NCBI GenBank assembly: GCA_030666795.1
Contig: DAOUXC010000001.1
Coordinates: 1 to 46,269, forward strand
Length of the DNA stretch: 46,269 bases
Source of the DNA: Desulfobacteraceae bacterium
Lineage (GTDB): Bacteria > Desulfobacterota > DSM-4660 > Desulfatiglandales > Desulfatiglandaceae
Direction: 5' to 3'
The notes beneath the pieces were generated by a model. It was not told where the DNA came from. It searched no databases and was given only the letters and a program-made list of their open reading frames with translations. This document shows positions 26,164-35,009 of the stretch, piece after piece (position 1 is the first letter of the stretch; every line of letters begins with the position of its first letter). Position numbers and translations under genes: made by a program.

Positions 26164-28026
26164 ATGTCTGCAAAAACGTTCATGATTCGGACATTGGTGG
26201 CGTTGACCGCCGTCATATGCCTGGCCATCCATAAATGGACGGCATTTGACCCGGCCATGTGGCTTGGCCTGATTTTTTATTTTATCTGTTTCGGCATGTA
26301 TATGAGGACCTTGTTTTTTGCGCTGACTCAAACCAGAAGGGTTACTGCTGATCTGTTGGTCGTAACGGTCATGGCGGTCTCGTTTTTAGCCGGGCAACCG
26401 ATGAGCGGCGCGCTGGTCGCGTGGTTTATCAGCATGGGGCTTGCCATTTCCTTTACTATTATAGAAAGGACCAGGCGGAAAATCGATGGCCTTACTAAAG
26501 AGAAAGGCAAGGTTGTCCGAGTGGTGAGAGATGAGAAGATCCTGGAATTGCCTGTCGAACAGGTTCGACGGGGTGATGTGGCCATCGTCCCCCAGGGCGA
26601 AATGATACCTGTAGATGGGGAGATTGTGGAGGGGGCTTCTTCCATTAACGAATCCGTGATCACCGGTGAGCCGTTTTCGCTTTTCAAGAAAACAGGAGAT
26701 CGTGTTACTTCGGGGGCCATCAGCGTCACTTCGCAGTTGAAGGTCAGGGTCGCCAAAGCCGGAGACAAGGGGTTTCTTTATGTGATGGCCAAGGAAATAG
26801 AGGCATCGTTGAAAGTCAAACCCCAAATTCATCGAACAGCGGACATGATTGTCCAGGTTTTCATCTCCGGCGTGGTCCTGTACGCATTCGGCGTGTTTCT
26901 CTTTACCGGCGACCTGGAAGGCGATGTCGCCACAGGGCTTATCCGGATGGCCGCGGTGACCGCGGTGGCCTGTCCCTGCGCATGGGCGCTGTCCGTGCCC
27001 ACGGCCTTTGCCGCGGCAATCGGGGGCTTGAGCGGCCGTGGCATTCTGGTGCGTGGCGGCACGCCCCTGGAGGTTGCGGGCCGTGCGGTAAATGTGGTGC
27101 TTGATAAAACGGGGACTGTCACCCTGGGTGAGCCAAAAGTAATGGGCATTGAATCCTTCGGATCACCTCAGAATGAATTGCTTCGGATTGCCGCTTCGGT
27201 TGAATCCGGTTTTAACCATCCCATTGCCAACGCGATCGTATCTTATGCATCGGCCAGGGGAGTGCGTCCTTTGAGGGCGGAGGGGTCCAAGTACCTTCCG
27301 GGTCTTGGCATAAGATCCTCTGTCGGGGGACGCGAGGTGGTTTTAGGGCCTGCTGAAACAGTGAATGCGTTGGGGATGACAGTGCCTTCGGATTTAAAGA
27401 TCAAAGGACGGGCTACCTGGATCGGCATTGACGGTAAAATAGCCGGCGCTGTCGTCATTCATGACGAATTGAGAGACTATGCCGAAGGCCTTGGCCGGGA
27501 GCTTCACTCCTTGGGTATAAAAAGGATCGAACTTGCCACCGGCGACAATGAAGAGTCGGAAGCGCGGCGCGTGGCCCGGCTCATCGGCGCGGATGATTAT
27601 CGTTGGGGATTGAAACCGGAGGATAAGACAGCGATCGTGAAAGAGCTCAGCGCTCAAGGCCCCACAATCATGGTGGGGGACGGGGTCAATGACGCCGTAT
27701 CACTGGCCGCGGCGGATGTGGGGATTTCCGTCGGACGTGCAAAAGCCGATCTGGCCATTAAATCTTCCGATATCATCGTTCTGCGGGACGATGCCACAAG
27801 CCTGTTGACTATTATTCAAACGGGCAAAAAGCTGATCCGTGTCATCAAGCAGAATTATGTCTGGGCCATCGGGTTTAACGCGGCGGGAATTGCGCTGGCC
27901 ACAGCGGGGCTTCTAAGCCCATGGCTGGCGGCCCTGTTTCACCACATAAGTTCCGTGCTGGTCGTCCTCAATTCCGCCAGGTTGGTTCGCAATAAAGGCG
28001 TGGGTGCAGAGCGACATTCCTGGTGA
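26164..28026 (+). CDS. P1B-type heavy-metal-translocating ATPase lacking an N-terminal metal-binding domain
   Basis: 620 aa. CPC in TM (AVACPCAWA), DKTGTVT, NHPIANAI, VGDGVNDA. The start codon abuts the upstream stop (TGAATG). Confidence 0.9.
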   Translation: MSAKTFMIRTLVALTAVICLAIHKWTAFDPAMWLGLIFYFICFGMYMRTLFFALTQTRRVTADLLVVTVMAVSFLAGQPMSGALVAWFISMGLAISFTIIERTRRKIDGLTKEKGKVVRVVRDEKILELPVEQVRRGDVAIVPQGEMIPVDGEIVEGASSINESVITGEPFSLFKKTGDRVTSGAISVTSQLKVRVAKAGDKGFLYVMAKEIEASLKVKPQIHRTADMIVQVFISGVVLYAFGVFLFTGDLEGDVATGLIRMAAVTAVACPCAWALSVPTAFAAAIGGLSGRGILVRGGTPLEVAGRAVNVVLDKTGTVTLGEPKVMGIESFGSPQNELLRIAASVESGFNHPIANAIVSYASARGVRPLRAEGSKYLPGLGIRSSVGGREVVLGPAETVNALGMTVPSDLKIKGRATWIGIDGKIAGAVVIHDELRDYAEGLGRELHSLGIKRIELATGDNEESEARRVARLIGADDYRWGLKPEDKTAIVKELSAQGPTIMVGDGVNDAVSLAAADVGISVGRAKADLAIKSSDIIVLRDDATSLLTIIQTGKKLIRVIKQNYVWAIGFNAAGIALATAGLLSPWLAALFHHISSVLVVLNSARLVRNKGVGAERHSW

Positions 28027-28148
28027 ATTGGGACGCTTTTCTCTGGAGAAGGGAACACGTCCGGTCTTTCCGCCGCGATCAACGGCAAGCCGCAGACAAT
28101 GAAAAACATCTGCCCCATCGCGAGAAGAGTGATTTGGACAAATTTTTC

Positions 28149-28177
28149 TTGACATTATGGTTAAGCGGCTTTACTAT
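28149..28177 (+). promoter_or_regulatory. sigma70-like promoter of marR with operator-like GGTTAAGC-G-GCTTTACT in the spacer
   Basis: TTGACA-17 nt-TACTAT. ATG 28185 is only 7 nt after the -10, so the mRNA is possibly leaderless. Confidence 0.5.
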
Positions 28178-28184
28178 AAACCAT

Positions 28185-28661
28185 ATGGAAACAAAGGAAG
28201 ACCTTATCAAAGACACTATCCGGGATCTCTTGCGAATTGCCAAGATGTATTCGCGCATTGAAGAAATGCCCATACCAATCGATGAAGGTCTGGAAGTGAC
28301 GACCCGGGAAGCCCATACCATCCAGGCCGTTGGAGAGAATGAGCCGATGAGTGTGACTCAGTTAGCCTATTTTCTCGGAATAACAAAAAGCGCGGCCTCG
28401 CAGATGGTCTCCAAGTTGACCATGAGGGGTTTTTTGTTAAAAAAACAGTCTGTTCACAGTAACAAGGAATTTGAGCTGACCCTAACACCTTTGGGGTGGA
28501 GGGCGTTTCGTGCCCATGAAAAGTTTCACGGGAGGGATATGGCCGATTTGGTTGACCGCTTGAGCGCTTTTTCTCTTTCCCAGATCGCCACCTTATCGGT
28601 TCTGCTGCAAGCGCTTGGAAGTGTCATGGATCAACGCCTTTCGCACCGATCAAAAGAGTAA
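28185..28661 (+). CDS. MarR-family transcriptional regulator
   Basis: Listed ORF trimmed to ATG 28185. wHTH MSVTQLAYFLGITKSAASQMVSKLTMRGFLLKK and typical size (158 aa). Confidence 0.8.
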   Translation: METKEDLIKDTIRDLLRIAKMYSRIEEMPIPIDEGLEVTTREAHTIQAVGENEPMSVTQLAYFLGITKSAASQMVSKLTMRGFLLKKQSVHSNKEFELTLTPLGWRAFRAHEKFHGRDMADLVDRLSAFSLSQIATLSVLLQALGSVMDQRLSHRSKE

Positions 28662-28677
28662 TTTTTTTTGGACAAAC

Positions 28678-28694
28678 AGTTAAGCTGCTTAACT
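28678..28694. promoter_or_regulatory. perfect palindrome AGTTAAGC-T-GCTTAACT (MarR operator candidate)
   Basis: 17-nt inverted repeat 24 nt upstream of the MMPL start. Related to the imperfect copy in the marR promoter. Confidence 0.5.
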
Positions 28695-28717
28695 ATTATC
28701 GCTATTGGAGTGAGGAT

Positions 28718-31420
28718 ATGAAAATATTAAAAAATACCTTAATTAATTTCTCGATCAACCATTACAAACTGGCCACATTGTTAATGGCGCTGTTTACGGT
28801 CGCTATGTGCGCCTTTTTTCCAAGGGTTGAAATCGATACGGATCCTGAGAACATGCTTCCGAAGGATGAGCCGAAACGTGTTTTCCACAATGAAACCAAA
28901 AAACAGTTCTCGCTCAGTGAAACCGTTGTGGTGGGCATTGTCAATGAGCGTGATCCTGATGGCGTGTTCAATCCGGCGACTTTGAAGCGCGTTTATGAAC
29001 TGACCGAATTTGCCAAGACGCTTCGCTGGCAGGATGGGGAACGTATAGATCGTTTATCCGGCGTCATTGAGGTGGATATGCTCGGACCGTCCCTGGTGGA
29101 TCACATGAGTCAAGGGGGCCCTGGAGAGATCAAGTTCGAATGGCTCATGTCCAGGCCACCGGAGACAAGGGAAGAGGCCCGGGCAATTCGGGATAAGGCC
29201 TTTTCCAATCCCATGCTCAAGGGCAGGTTATTCTCGGAAGACTGCGAGGTTATCTGTATATACCTGCCTTTGACGGACAAGCATTTAAGCTACCGCATAA
29301 ACACGGAGCTGAACAAAAAAATCGAACAAATGGATGGCGATGAAGAGTACCACATCGCCGGTGTGCCGGTGGCGGAAGTCGCAATCGGCGTTGAGATGTT
29401 TTCCCAGATGGCCGTTGGGTCACCTCTGGCCATGGCGGTCATTTTCTGCCTGATGCTGCTGTTTTTCCGCAAATGGAGACTGGTAATCCTTCCGATGATC
29501 ATTGCCATGTTTTCGGTCATGTCCACCATGGGATTAATGATCGCTTTAGGATTTCAGGTCCATATCCTGAGTTCGATGATTCCGATCTTTCTGATGTGTA
29601 TAGGAACCGTGAGTTCCATACACATTCTTTCGGAATTTTTTGATGTGTACACAAATGAAAAGGGCCGGAAAGAGACCATTAAAGAGGTGATGAACACGCT
29701 ATTTGTGCCGATACTCTACACATCATTAACCACCGCGGCAGGTTTTGCCTCGCTGACGTTTACACCCATTCCCCCTGCCCAGATTTTTGGTGCGTTCCTC
29801 AGCATCGGGGTCATGATCGCCTGGCTCTATACAGTCATCTTCGTGCCGGCTTATATCATGATGATTCCAAAACGAAAACTGGAAAATTTCGGCATGTCCG
29901 CCCGGCAGAAAGAAGACAGGAGCTTGTTGACCAAAACGCTCCGGGCCACCGGCAATCTGACCTACAACCATGCAAAACCGCTTTTAGGGGTAATGACAAT
30001 TGTGGTTGCCGTGGCAATCTGGGGTACTACTCAAATCAGGGTCAATGATAATTATGCCAAGCGCTTTGTCAAAAGCCATCCAATCCGCAAGGCCGACATG
30101 GCTTTGAACAAACACCTCGACGGAACCTATACGGCCTATCTGATACTGGAAGGTCGGAAACCGGACAAACTCACCGAAAAGGAAGCACGGAATATCTCCC
30201 GGAACATGGTTGTTTTTGCCGATCAAATAGAGGCCGAATTCAAAAATGCCCCGGAACTGGCAAGGGGCATTACAAAAATTATTCCGGGACTGGCCGGGCA
30301 AAGCCGGTCTTATGAGGATTTTCTGAACTCGATCATAAGGCATATTGATCAAAGGCGCGAGAACGCTTCGGATGATGATTTCTACGCATATGATGAACTT
30401 CGCACTTACATCGGTGTTGAAAAAGAACGGCTGAAAGTCTTCAAGCGGCCCGAGGTGCTGGAATATATGGCGGCACTGCAGCACCACATGGAAGAATCCG
30501 GACTGATCGGAAAAACCACTTCCGTTGTGGATGCGGTTTGCAAGGTCAATCAGGAGATAATTGACGGAAACCCGGAAAACTTCCGCATTCCGGACAAGCT
30601 GCAGGGAGTCGCGGAATGCTATTTCCAGTTTCAGCAGGGTCACCGGCCGAATGATCTGTGGCACATGGTGACGCCGGACTATATGAGCGCCAATATATGG
30701 ATGCAGTTGAAAAGTGGCGACAGCAGCGACATGAAGAGCGCCGTCAAGGCGGTCGATACGTATTTCAAGGAAAATCCGCCCCCGGTCGATCTGACCCATC
30801 GCTGGGCGGGCCTGCATTATATCAACCTTGTTCTGCAGGATAAGTTGATCCCGACAATGCTTCGCTCGTTTTTAGGAAGCTTTCTTGTTGTCTTTATTAT
30901 GATGTCCTTCCTGTTTCGTTCTCTCAGATGGGGTCTGTTGTGCATGGTGCCGCTGACGATTACCATCTTAACGATTTACGGAATCGTCGGGATTTCCGGA
31001 AAGGATTACGACCTGCCGATTGCAGTTCTGGGAGTTCTGGCGTTGGGCATGGCGGTGGATTTTGCGATTCACTTCCTGCAACGCGGCCGTGGCAAATATG
31101 GCGAAACAGGTTCCTGGAAAGTAACGACGGCCATGATGTTCGGCGAACCGGCCCGGGCAATCAGCCGGAACGTGCTGGTGATTGCAATCGGATTCCTGCC
31201 GCTTCTGGTGGCGCCATTGGTGCCTTATAAGACAATGGGAATTATGCTTTTTGCAATCATGACGCTTTCAGGCGTCATCACACTGCTTGCCCTGCCGGCA
31301 CTATTAACCGTAGCGGAAAAGTGGTTTTTCAAAAAAGTCAGAAAAGCCGCGTCCCCGCCGGTCAAAGGCCCAGGCAAGTTTACTCCAAGTGAAATTTTAA
31401 GTGAAGAAAGCGAGGGATAA
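28718..31420 (+). CDS. MMPL/RND-superfamily exporter
   Basis: 900 aa. Two 6-TM bundles, each preceded by a large soluble loop. Composition and layout typical of MMPL/HpnN-like transporters. Confidence 0.85.
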   Translation: MKILKNTLINFSINHYKLATLLMALFTVAMCAFFPRVEIDTDPENMLPKDEPKRVFHNETKKQFSLSETVVVGIVNERDPDGVFNPATLKRVYELTEFAKTLRWQDGERIDRLSGVIEVDMLGPSLVDHMSQGGPGEIKFEWLMSRPPETREEARAIRDKAFSNPMLKGRLFSEDCEVICIYLPLTDKHLSYRINTELNKKIEQMDGDEEYHIAGVPVAEVAIGVEMFSQMAVGSPLAMAVIFCLMLLFFRKWRLVILPMIIAMFSVMSTMGLMIALGFQVHILSSMIPIFLMCIGTVSSIHILSEFFDVYTNEKGRKETIKEVMNTLFVPILYTSLTTAAGFASLTFTPIPPAQIFGAFLSIGVMIAWLYTVIFVPAYIMMIPKRKLENFGMSARQKEDRSLLTKTLRATGNLTYNHAKPLLGVMTIVVAVAIWGTTQIRVNDNYAKRFVKSHPIRKADMALNKHLDGTYTAYLILEGRKPDKLTEKEARNISRNMVVFADQIEAEFKNAPELARGITKIIPGLAGQSRSYEDFLNSIIRHIDQRRENASDDDFYAYDELRTYIGVEKERLKVFKRPEVLEYMAALQHHMEESGLIGKTTSVVDAVCKVNQEIIDGNPENFRIPDKLQGVAECYFQFQQGHRPNDLWHMVTPDYMSANIWMQLKSGDSSDMKSAVKAVDTYFKENPPPVDLTHRWAGLHYINLVLQDKLIPTMLRSFLGSFLVVFIMMSFLFRSLRWGLLCMVPLTITILTIYGIVGISGKDYDLPIAVLGVLALGMAVDFAIHFLQRGRGKYGETGSWKVTTAMMFGEPARAISRNVLVIAIGFLPLLVAPLVPYKTMGIMLFAIMTLSGVITLLALPALLTVAEKWFFKKVRKAASPPVKGPGKFTPSEILSEESEG

Positions 31421-31421
31421 A

Positions 31422-32249
31422 ATGAAAACAACAATTATTACGGCATGTTTTGGATTATTCATAGGGTTTGCCTGTGTAGAAGGACAGGCAAAAGAACTGA
31501 CAGTAGATGAGATCGTACGGAAAGCCAACCATATGGCCTTATACCAGGGAGCGGACGGCAAAGGCAAAGTCACCATGGTGATAAAGGACAAACAGGGACG
31601 GATACGAAAAAGGGAGTTCAATATGCTCCGGAAAAATGATGACAACAAAGACCGCGACCAGAAGTACTACGCCTTTTTTCAGGCGCCTGCGGATGTGCGC
31701 AAGATGGTCTTTATGGTGCACAAACATGGTGCGCTCGAAAAGGACGATGATCGATGGCTCTATATGCCCAGTCTGGACATGGTTAAACGGATTGCCGCCG
31801 GCGACAAGCGAACCAGTTTTGTCGGCTCGGATTTTTTGTACGAAGATATTTCCGGTCGAAGCCCTGCCGAAGATAAGCATGAACTTATCAAGACAACGGA
31901 TAGGTATTATGTTCTCAAGAATATCCCCCGTAAACCTGATAACGTGGAATTTGAGTACTACCTTGCCCATATCGACAAAAAGACGTTTTTGCCTATGAAG
32001 ATGGAATTTTTCAAGAAGGACGACAGGCTCTATCGGGTTATAGAATCTATCAAAGTGGAAGAAATCCAGGCCGAAGAAAACGGCAAAAAGGTCGCCTATC
32101 CAACGGTGACCGTATCTCTCGCTAAGGACATGGATAACGGCAGTAGCACGGAAATGACCTTTTCCAATGCCCGATACAATATTGGACTCAGTTCTAAGAT
32201 TTTTACGGAACGCTATTTGAGAAGACCCCCAAGGAAAGCAATGCGATGA
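31422..32249 (+). CDS. LolA-like outer-membrane lipoprotein-sorting family protein
   Basis: ATG 31422 is preferred (GAGGG RBS). YQGADGKG...MVIKDKQGRIRKRE...DDRWLYMPSL..VKRI...SFVGSDFLYEDI matches the LolA_like family pattern. Confidence 0.75.
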   Translation: MKTTIITACFGLFIGFACVEGQAKELTVDEIVRKANHMALYQGADGKGKVTMVIKDKQGRIRKREFNMLRKNDDNKDRDQKYYAFFQAPADVRKMVFMVHKHGALEKDDDRWLYMPSLDMVKRIAAGDKRTSFVGSDFLYEDISGRSPAEDKHELIKTTDRYYVLKNIPRKPDNVEFEYYLAHIDKKTFLPMKMEFFKKDDRLYRVIESIKVEEIQAEENGKKVAYPTVTVSLAKDMDNGSSTEMTFSNARYNIGLSSKIFTERYLRRPPRKAMR

Positions 32250-33538
32250 GAAAAACGACAAATACTTACGAGTTATTAGTCCTGATTTTGTTCCTTGTTC
32301 TGATGTTTTTAAAACCCCATGTTCATGCTGCGGAGGGGAATGAGAATTTTTTTCCGGATCAGTTTGCGCCGGTTGAAATACATGGTTTCCTTGAAATGCG
32401 AGCGGGCTGCCGAACACAAAAAGACTCAAATGAAAGAGGAAGGTCTGTGATGGAAGGTAGATTGCAGGCGGAATTCTTTACCTATACTGACTGGGCTGAA
32501 TTCAAATACAAAGGGGATGTTTGGGGTGACGGGGTAACGGAACGGGGTGAGTATGACACGCGCGAAGCCTGGGTGTTTTCAAGACCAACCGAATCCCTGG
32601 ATATCAAGGTCGGCCGCCAGGTTCTGACCTGGGGAACGGGAGATCTGGTTTTTTTAAACGATATGTTCCCAAAGGACTGGCAGTCATATTTTATAGGACG
32701 CGATAAAGAGTACCTCAAGGCTCCGTCTGATGCTGCAAAGATAAGCTTTTTTACAAAACCGGCCAATATTGATGTGGTTTATACCCCGAAATTTGACCCT
32801 GACCGGTACATCACCGGGGAATATATTTCCTATTGGAATGGAACACAGAAAAGCATCGCGGGTCAGGATAAGAGGGTACATTCCAAGAAGCCTGATAGCT
32901 GGTTCCAGGATGATGAGGTTGCCATGCGCGTATACAGAAATATCAATAATTATGAACTGGCTTTATACGGTTATCGGGGTTTCTGGAAACGACCGGGAGG
33001 TCAGACACCTTCGGGAATCGCCATATTTCCCGGGTTGAATGTTTATGGCGCCAGCGCACGGGGACAGGTCGGTCCGGGGATCGGAAATATTGAACTCGCC
33101 TATTATCAGTCCGCTGATGACGAAAGCGGCTCAGACCCTCTGATCAACAACTCGGAAATGCGGTACCTCGCAGGTTATACACAGGATCTGGCTAAAGACT
33201 TTAATGTCAGCCTCCAGTATTACGTTGAGCAACTGCTGGATTATAGTGACTACAAGGCAAGCCTGACCGGTGGCCCGGCCCGGGATCGCGGCAGGCATGT
33301 CATAACCCTGCAATTAACGAAGCTTCTGATGAATCAGAATCTGGAACTGTCTCTATCGTCTTACTATTCACCCAGTGACAGGGATGCCTATCTCCGTCCC
33401 AATATACGCTATAAATACAACGATAAGATTGTCCTGGAGGGGGGAGCCAACATTTTTTTAGGAGAAGAGTCTCACACGTTTTTTGGTCAATTTGAGAATA
33501 ATACGAATATCTATGCGGCTGTTAGATATAGCTTTTAA
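32246..33538 (+). CDS. outer-membrane beta-barrel protein partnered with MMPL/LolA-like genes
   Basis: 430 aa. Signal peptide, alternating beta pattern, C-terminal ...AAVRYSF. 4-nt overlap with the upstream gene. Confidence 0.6.
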   Translation: MRKTTNTYELLVLILFLVLMFLKPHVHAAEGNENFFPDQFAPVEIHGFLEMRAGCRTQKDSNERGRSVMEGRLQAEFFTYTDWAEFKYKGDVWGDGVTERGEYDTREAWVFSRPTESLDIKVGRQVLTWGTGDLVFLNDMFPKDWQSYFIGRDKEYLKAPSDAAKISFFTKPANIDVVYTPKFDPDRYITGEYISYWNGTQKSIAGQDKRVHSKKPDSWFQDDEVAMRVYRNINNYELALYGYRGFWKRPGGQTPSGIAIFPGLNVYGASARGQVGPGIGNIELAYYQSADDESGSDPLINNSEMRYLAGYTQDLAKDFNVSLQYYVEQLLDYSDYKASLTGGPARDRGRHVITLQLTKLLMNQNLELSLSSYYSPSDRDAYLRPNIRYKYNDKIVLEGGANIFLGEESHTFFGQFENNTNIYAAVRYSF

Positions 33539-33771
33539 TCATCAAAAAATGGAGAAAGACATTAAAACATCGGAGAAGTTACCCTATTCACACAGTGAAG
33601 CACCTTCGGACCTGATGCTTCGGCCTGAATGAATTTTATCCTCGTCAAGAAGCAATTATTTCTGATTGGCTGAAATGCATATTGCGGGAAGTTGACGAAG
33701 TCATCAGGTAAAAGATTTATCCATTACAATTTATGCTTAAAAAATTCTAAATCACAAGTGGAATTAATGCT

Positions 33772-34395
33772 ATGCAAGACAATAATAATCACGAGTGTGG
33801 TCAAAATCATTGTAAACAAAGGCGGGGTCCAAGCAGCTTCTGGATGCATGATCCGGAGGTTGTCTTTAATGAGCTTAAGCTTAAAGAGGGAGACTGTCTT
33901 CTTGATCTGGGCTGCGGGCCGGGAGATTACACACTCGAGGCTTCCAGGATCATCGGAAACTCCGGAGCAGTATATGCGATGGATAAATGGCAATATCTGG
34001 TTGATAGTCTGATAGAAGAAGCTGATTCTCAAGGGCTTACGAATATCAGGGCAATGGTCTCTGATATTACCGGCCCATTACCTTTTGAAGACGGTTGCAT
34101 CGATGTTTGTTTGTTATCCACAGTACTCCATATCTTTAATCTTTCTAAAGTTGAAAAAACGATATTCAACGAAATCAGGCGTGTTTTAAAACCGGGAGGG
34201 CGTGTTGCAATTATCGAGTGCAAAAAAGAGGAGCAGCCTTTTGGTCCGCCGAAACATATGAGATTGTCTCCGGATGATATTGAGGATTCCATACAAAAAT
34301 ACGGTTTTGAGAAGTTGAGCTTCTCTGACCTGGGCTATAATTATATGATTCAATTCAATTTGCCAAAAACTGAGGTGCAATCTCAGATGACATGA
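33772..34395 (+). CDS. class I SAM-dependent methyltransferase
   Basis: Motif I LLDLGCGPGDYT, post-I and motif II/III spacing (VLKPGGRVAI). Confidence 0.8.
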   Translation: MQDNNNHECGQNHCKQRRGPSSFWMHDPEVVFNELKLKEGDCLLDLGCGPGDYTLEASRIIGNSGAVYAMDKWQYLVDSLIEEADSQGLTNIRAMVSDITGPLPFEDGCIDVCLLSTVLHIFNLSKVEKTIFNEIRRVLKPGGRVAIIECKKEEQPFGPPKHMRLSPDDIEDSIQKYGFEKLSFSDLGYNYMIQFNLPKTEVQSQMT

Positions 34396-34416
34396 AAGTA
34401 TGAAAGGAACTATGCA

Positions 34417-35009
34417 ATGGAACTATCCGAAATGGAATTTCAAAAACGCAATCCCAGAATAGAGATTATTCAAGCCATAAACGATAAGAATTTGGCCTGG
34501 TGTTTAAATAAAACGGCGGAGATTCATGGCCACTTTTACCCGGGGAGTGCACTGGGGGTCATGGCCTCTGTGTGGGGTCTGGGTCAGTTGGGAAATGGAT
34601 CAATGCATTCCGATGGAATGGAAAACCTTATGGCTGTCGTTGAGATCAATGCCTGCTTTGCCGACGGGATTCAGGTGGTGTCCGGGTGCACCCTCGGCAA
34701 TAACGCCCTGGTATACCGTGATCTTGGTCGCCTTGCAGTAACCTTTGCCATACGTGGAAAAGAAACGGGGGTGCGCGTCAGGGTCAGGCCCGATTTCCGG
34801 TCCTGCATAGTGAAGCTCGTTCCTGAATTTTACCCGCTTTTGAAAAAGGTTATTATGGATAGAGAGGGTGGCCTGGAAGAGGAAACAGCCTTTAAGGAGA
34901 AGGGACGGGAAGCAGCCTTTGCTGTCATTGAACGTCCTTTTGAAGAGCTTCTAATCGCCGAGGAAGTATCCCCCGAGCTGCCCGAATACGCCCCGATCAC
35001 CGAAAGCGT
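34417..35009 (+). CDS. FmdE-family protein, exon 1 (interrupted by group II intron)
   Basis: HGHFYPGSALGVMA and NACFADGIQVVSGCTLGNNAL FmdE core. The unspliced ORF ends 7 codons into the intron (…ESVCARHGT*). Confidence 0.75.

Noticed and set aside
29984-30817. 277-aa minus-strand ORF. Similar long antisense ORFs occur at 31539..32429, 6571..7221, 11317..11967, 17406..17963, 24660..25082 and 40767..41177.
   Set aside because: Each lies entirely inside a strongly supported gene on the opposite strand. They have biased, low-information composition and no RBS or recognisable motifs, so they are typical shadow ORFs.
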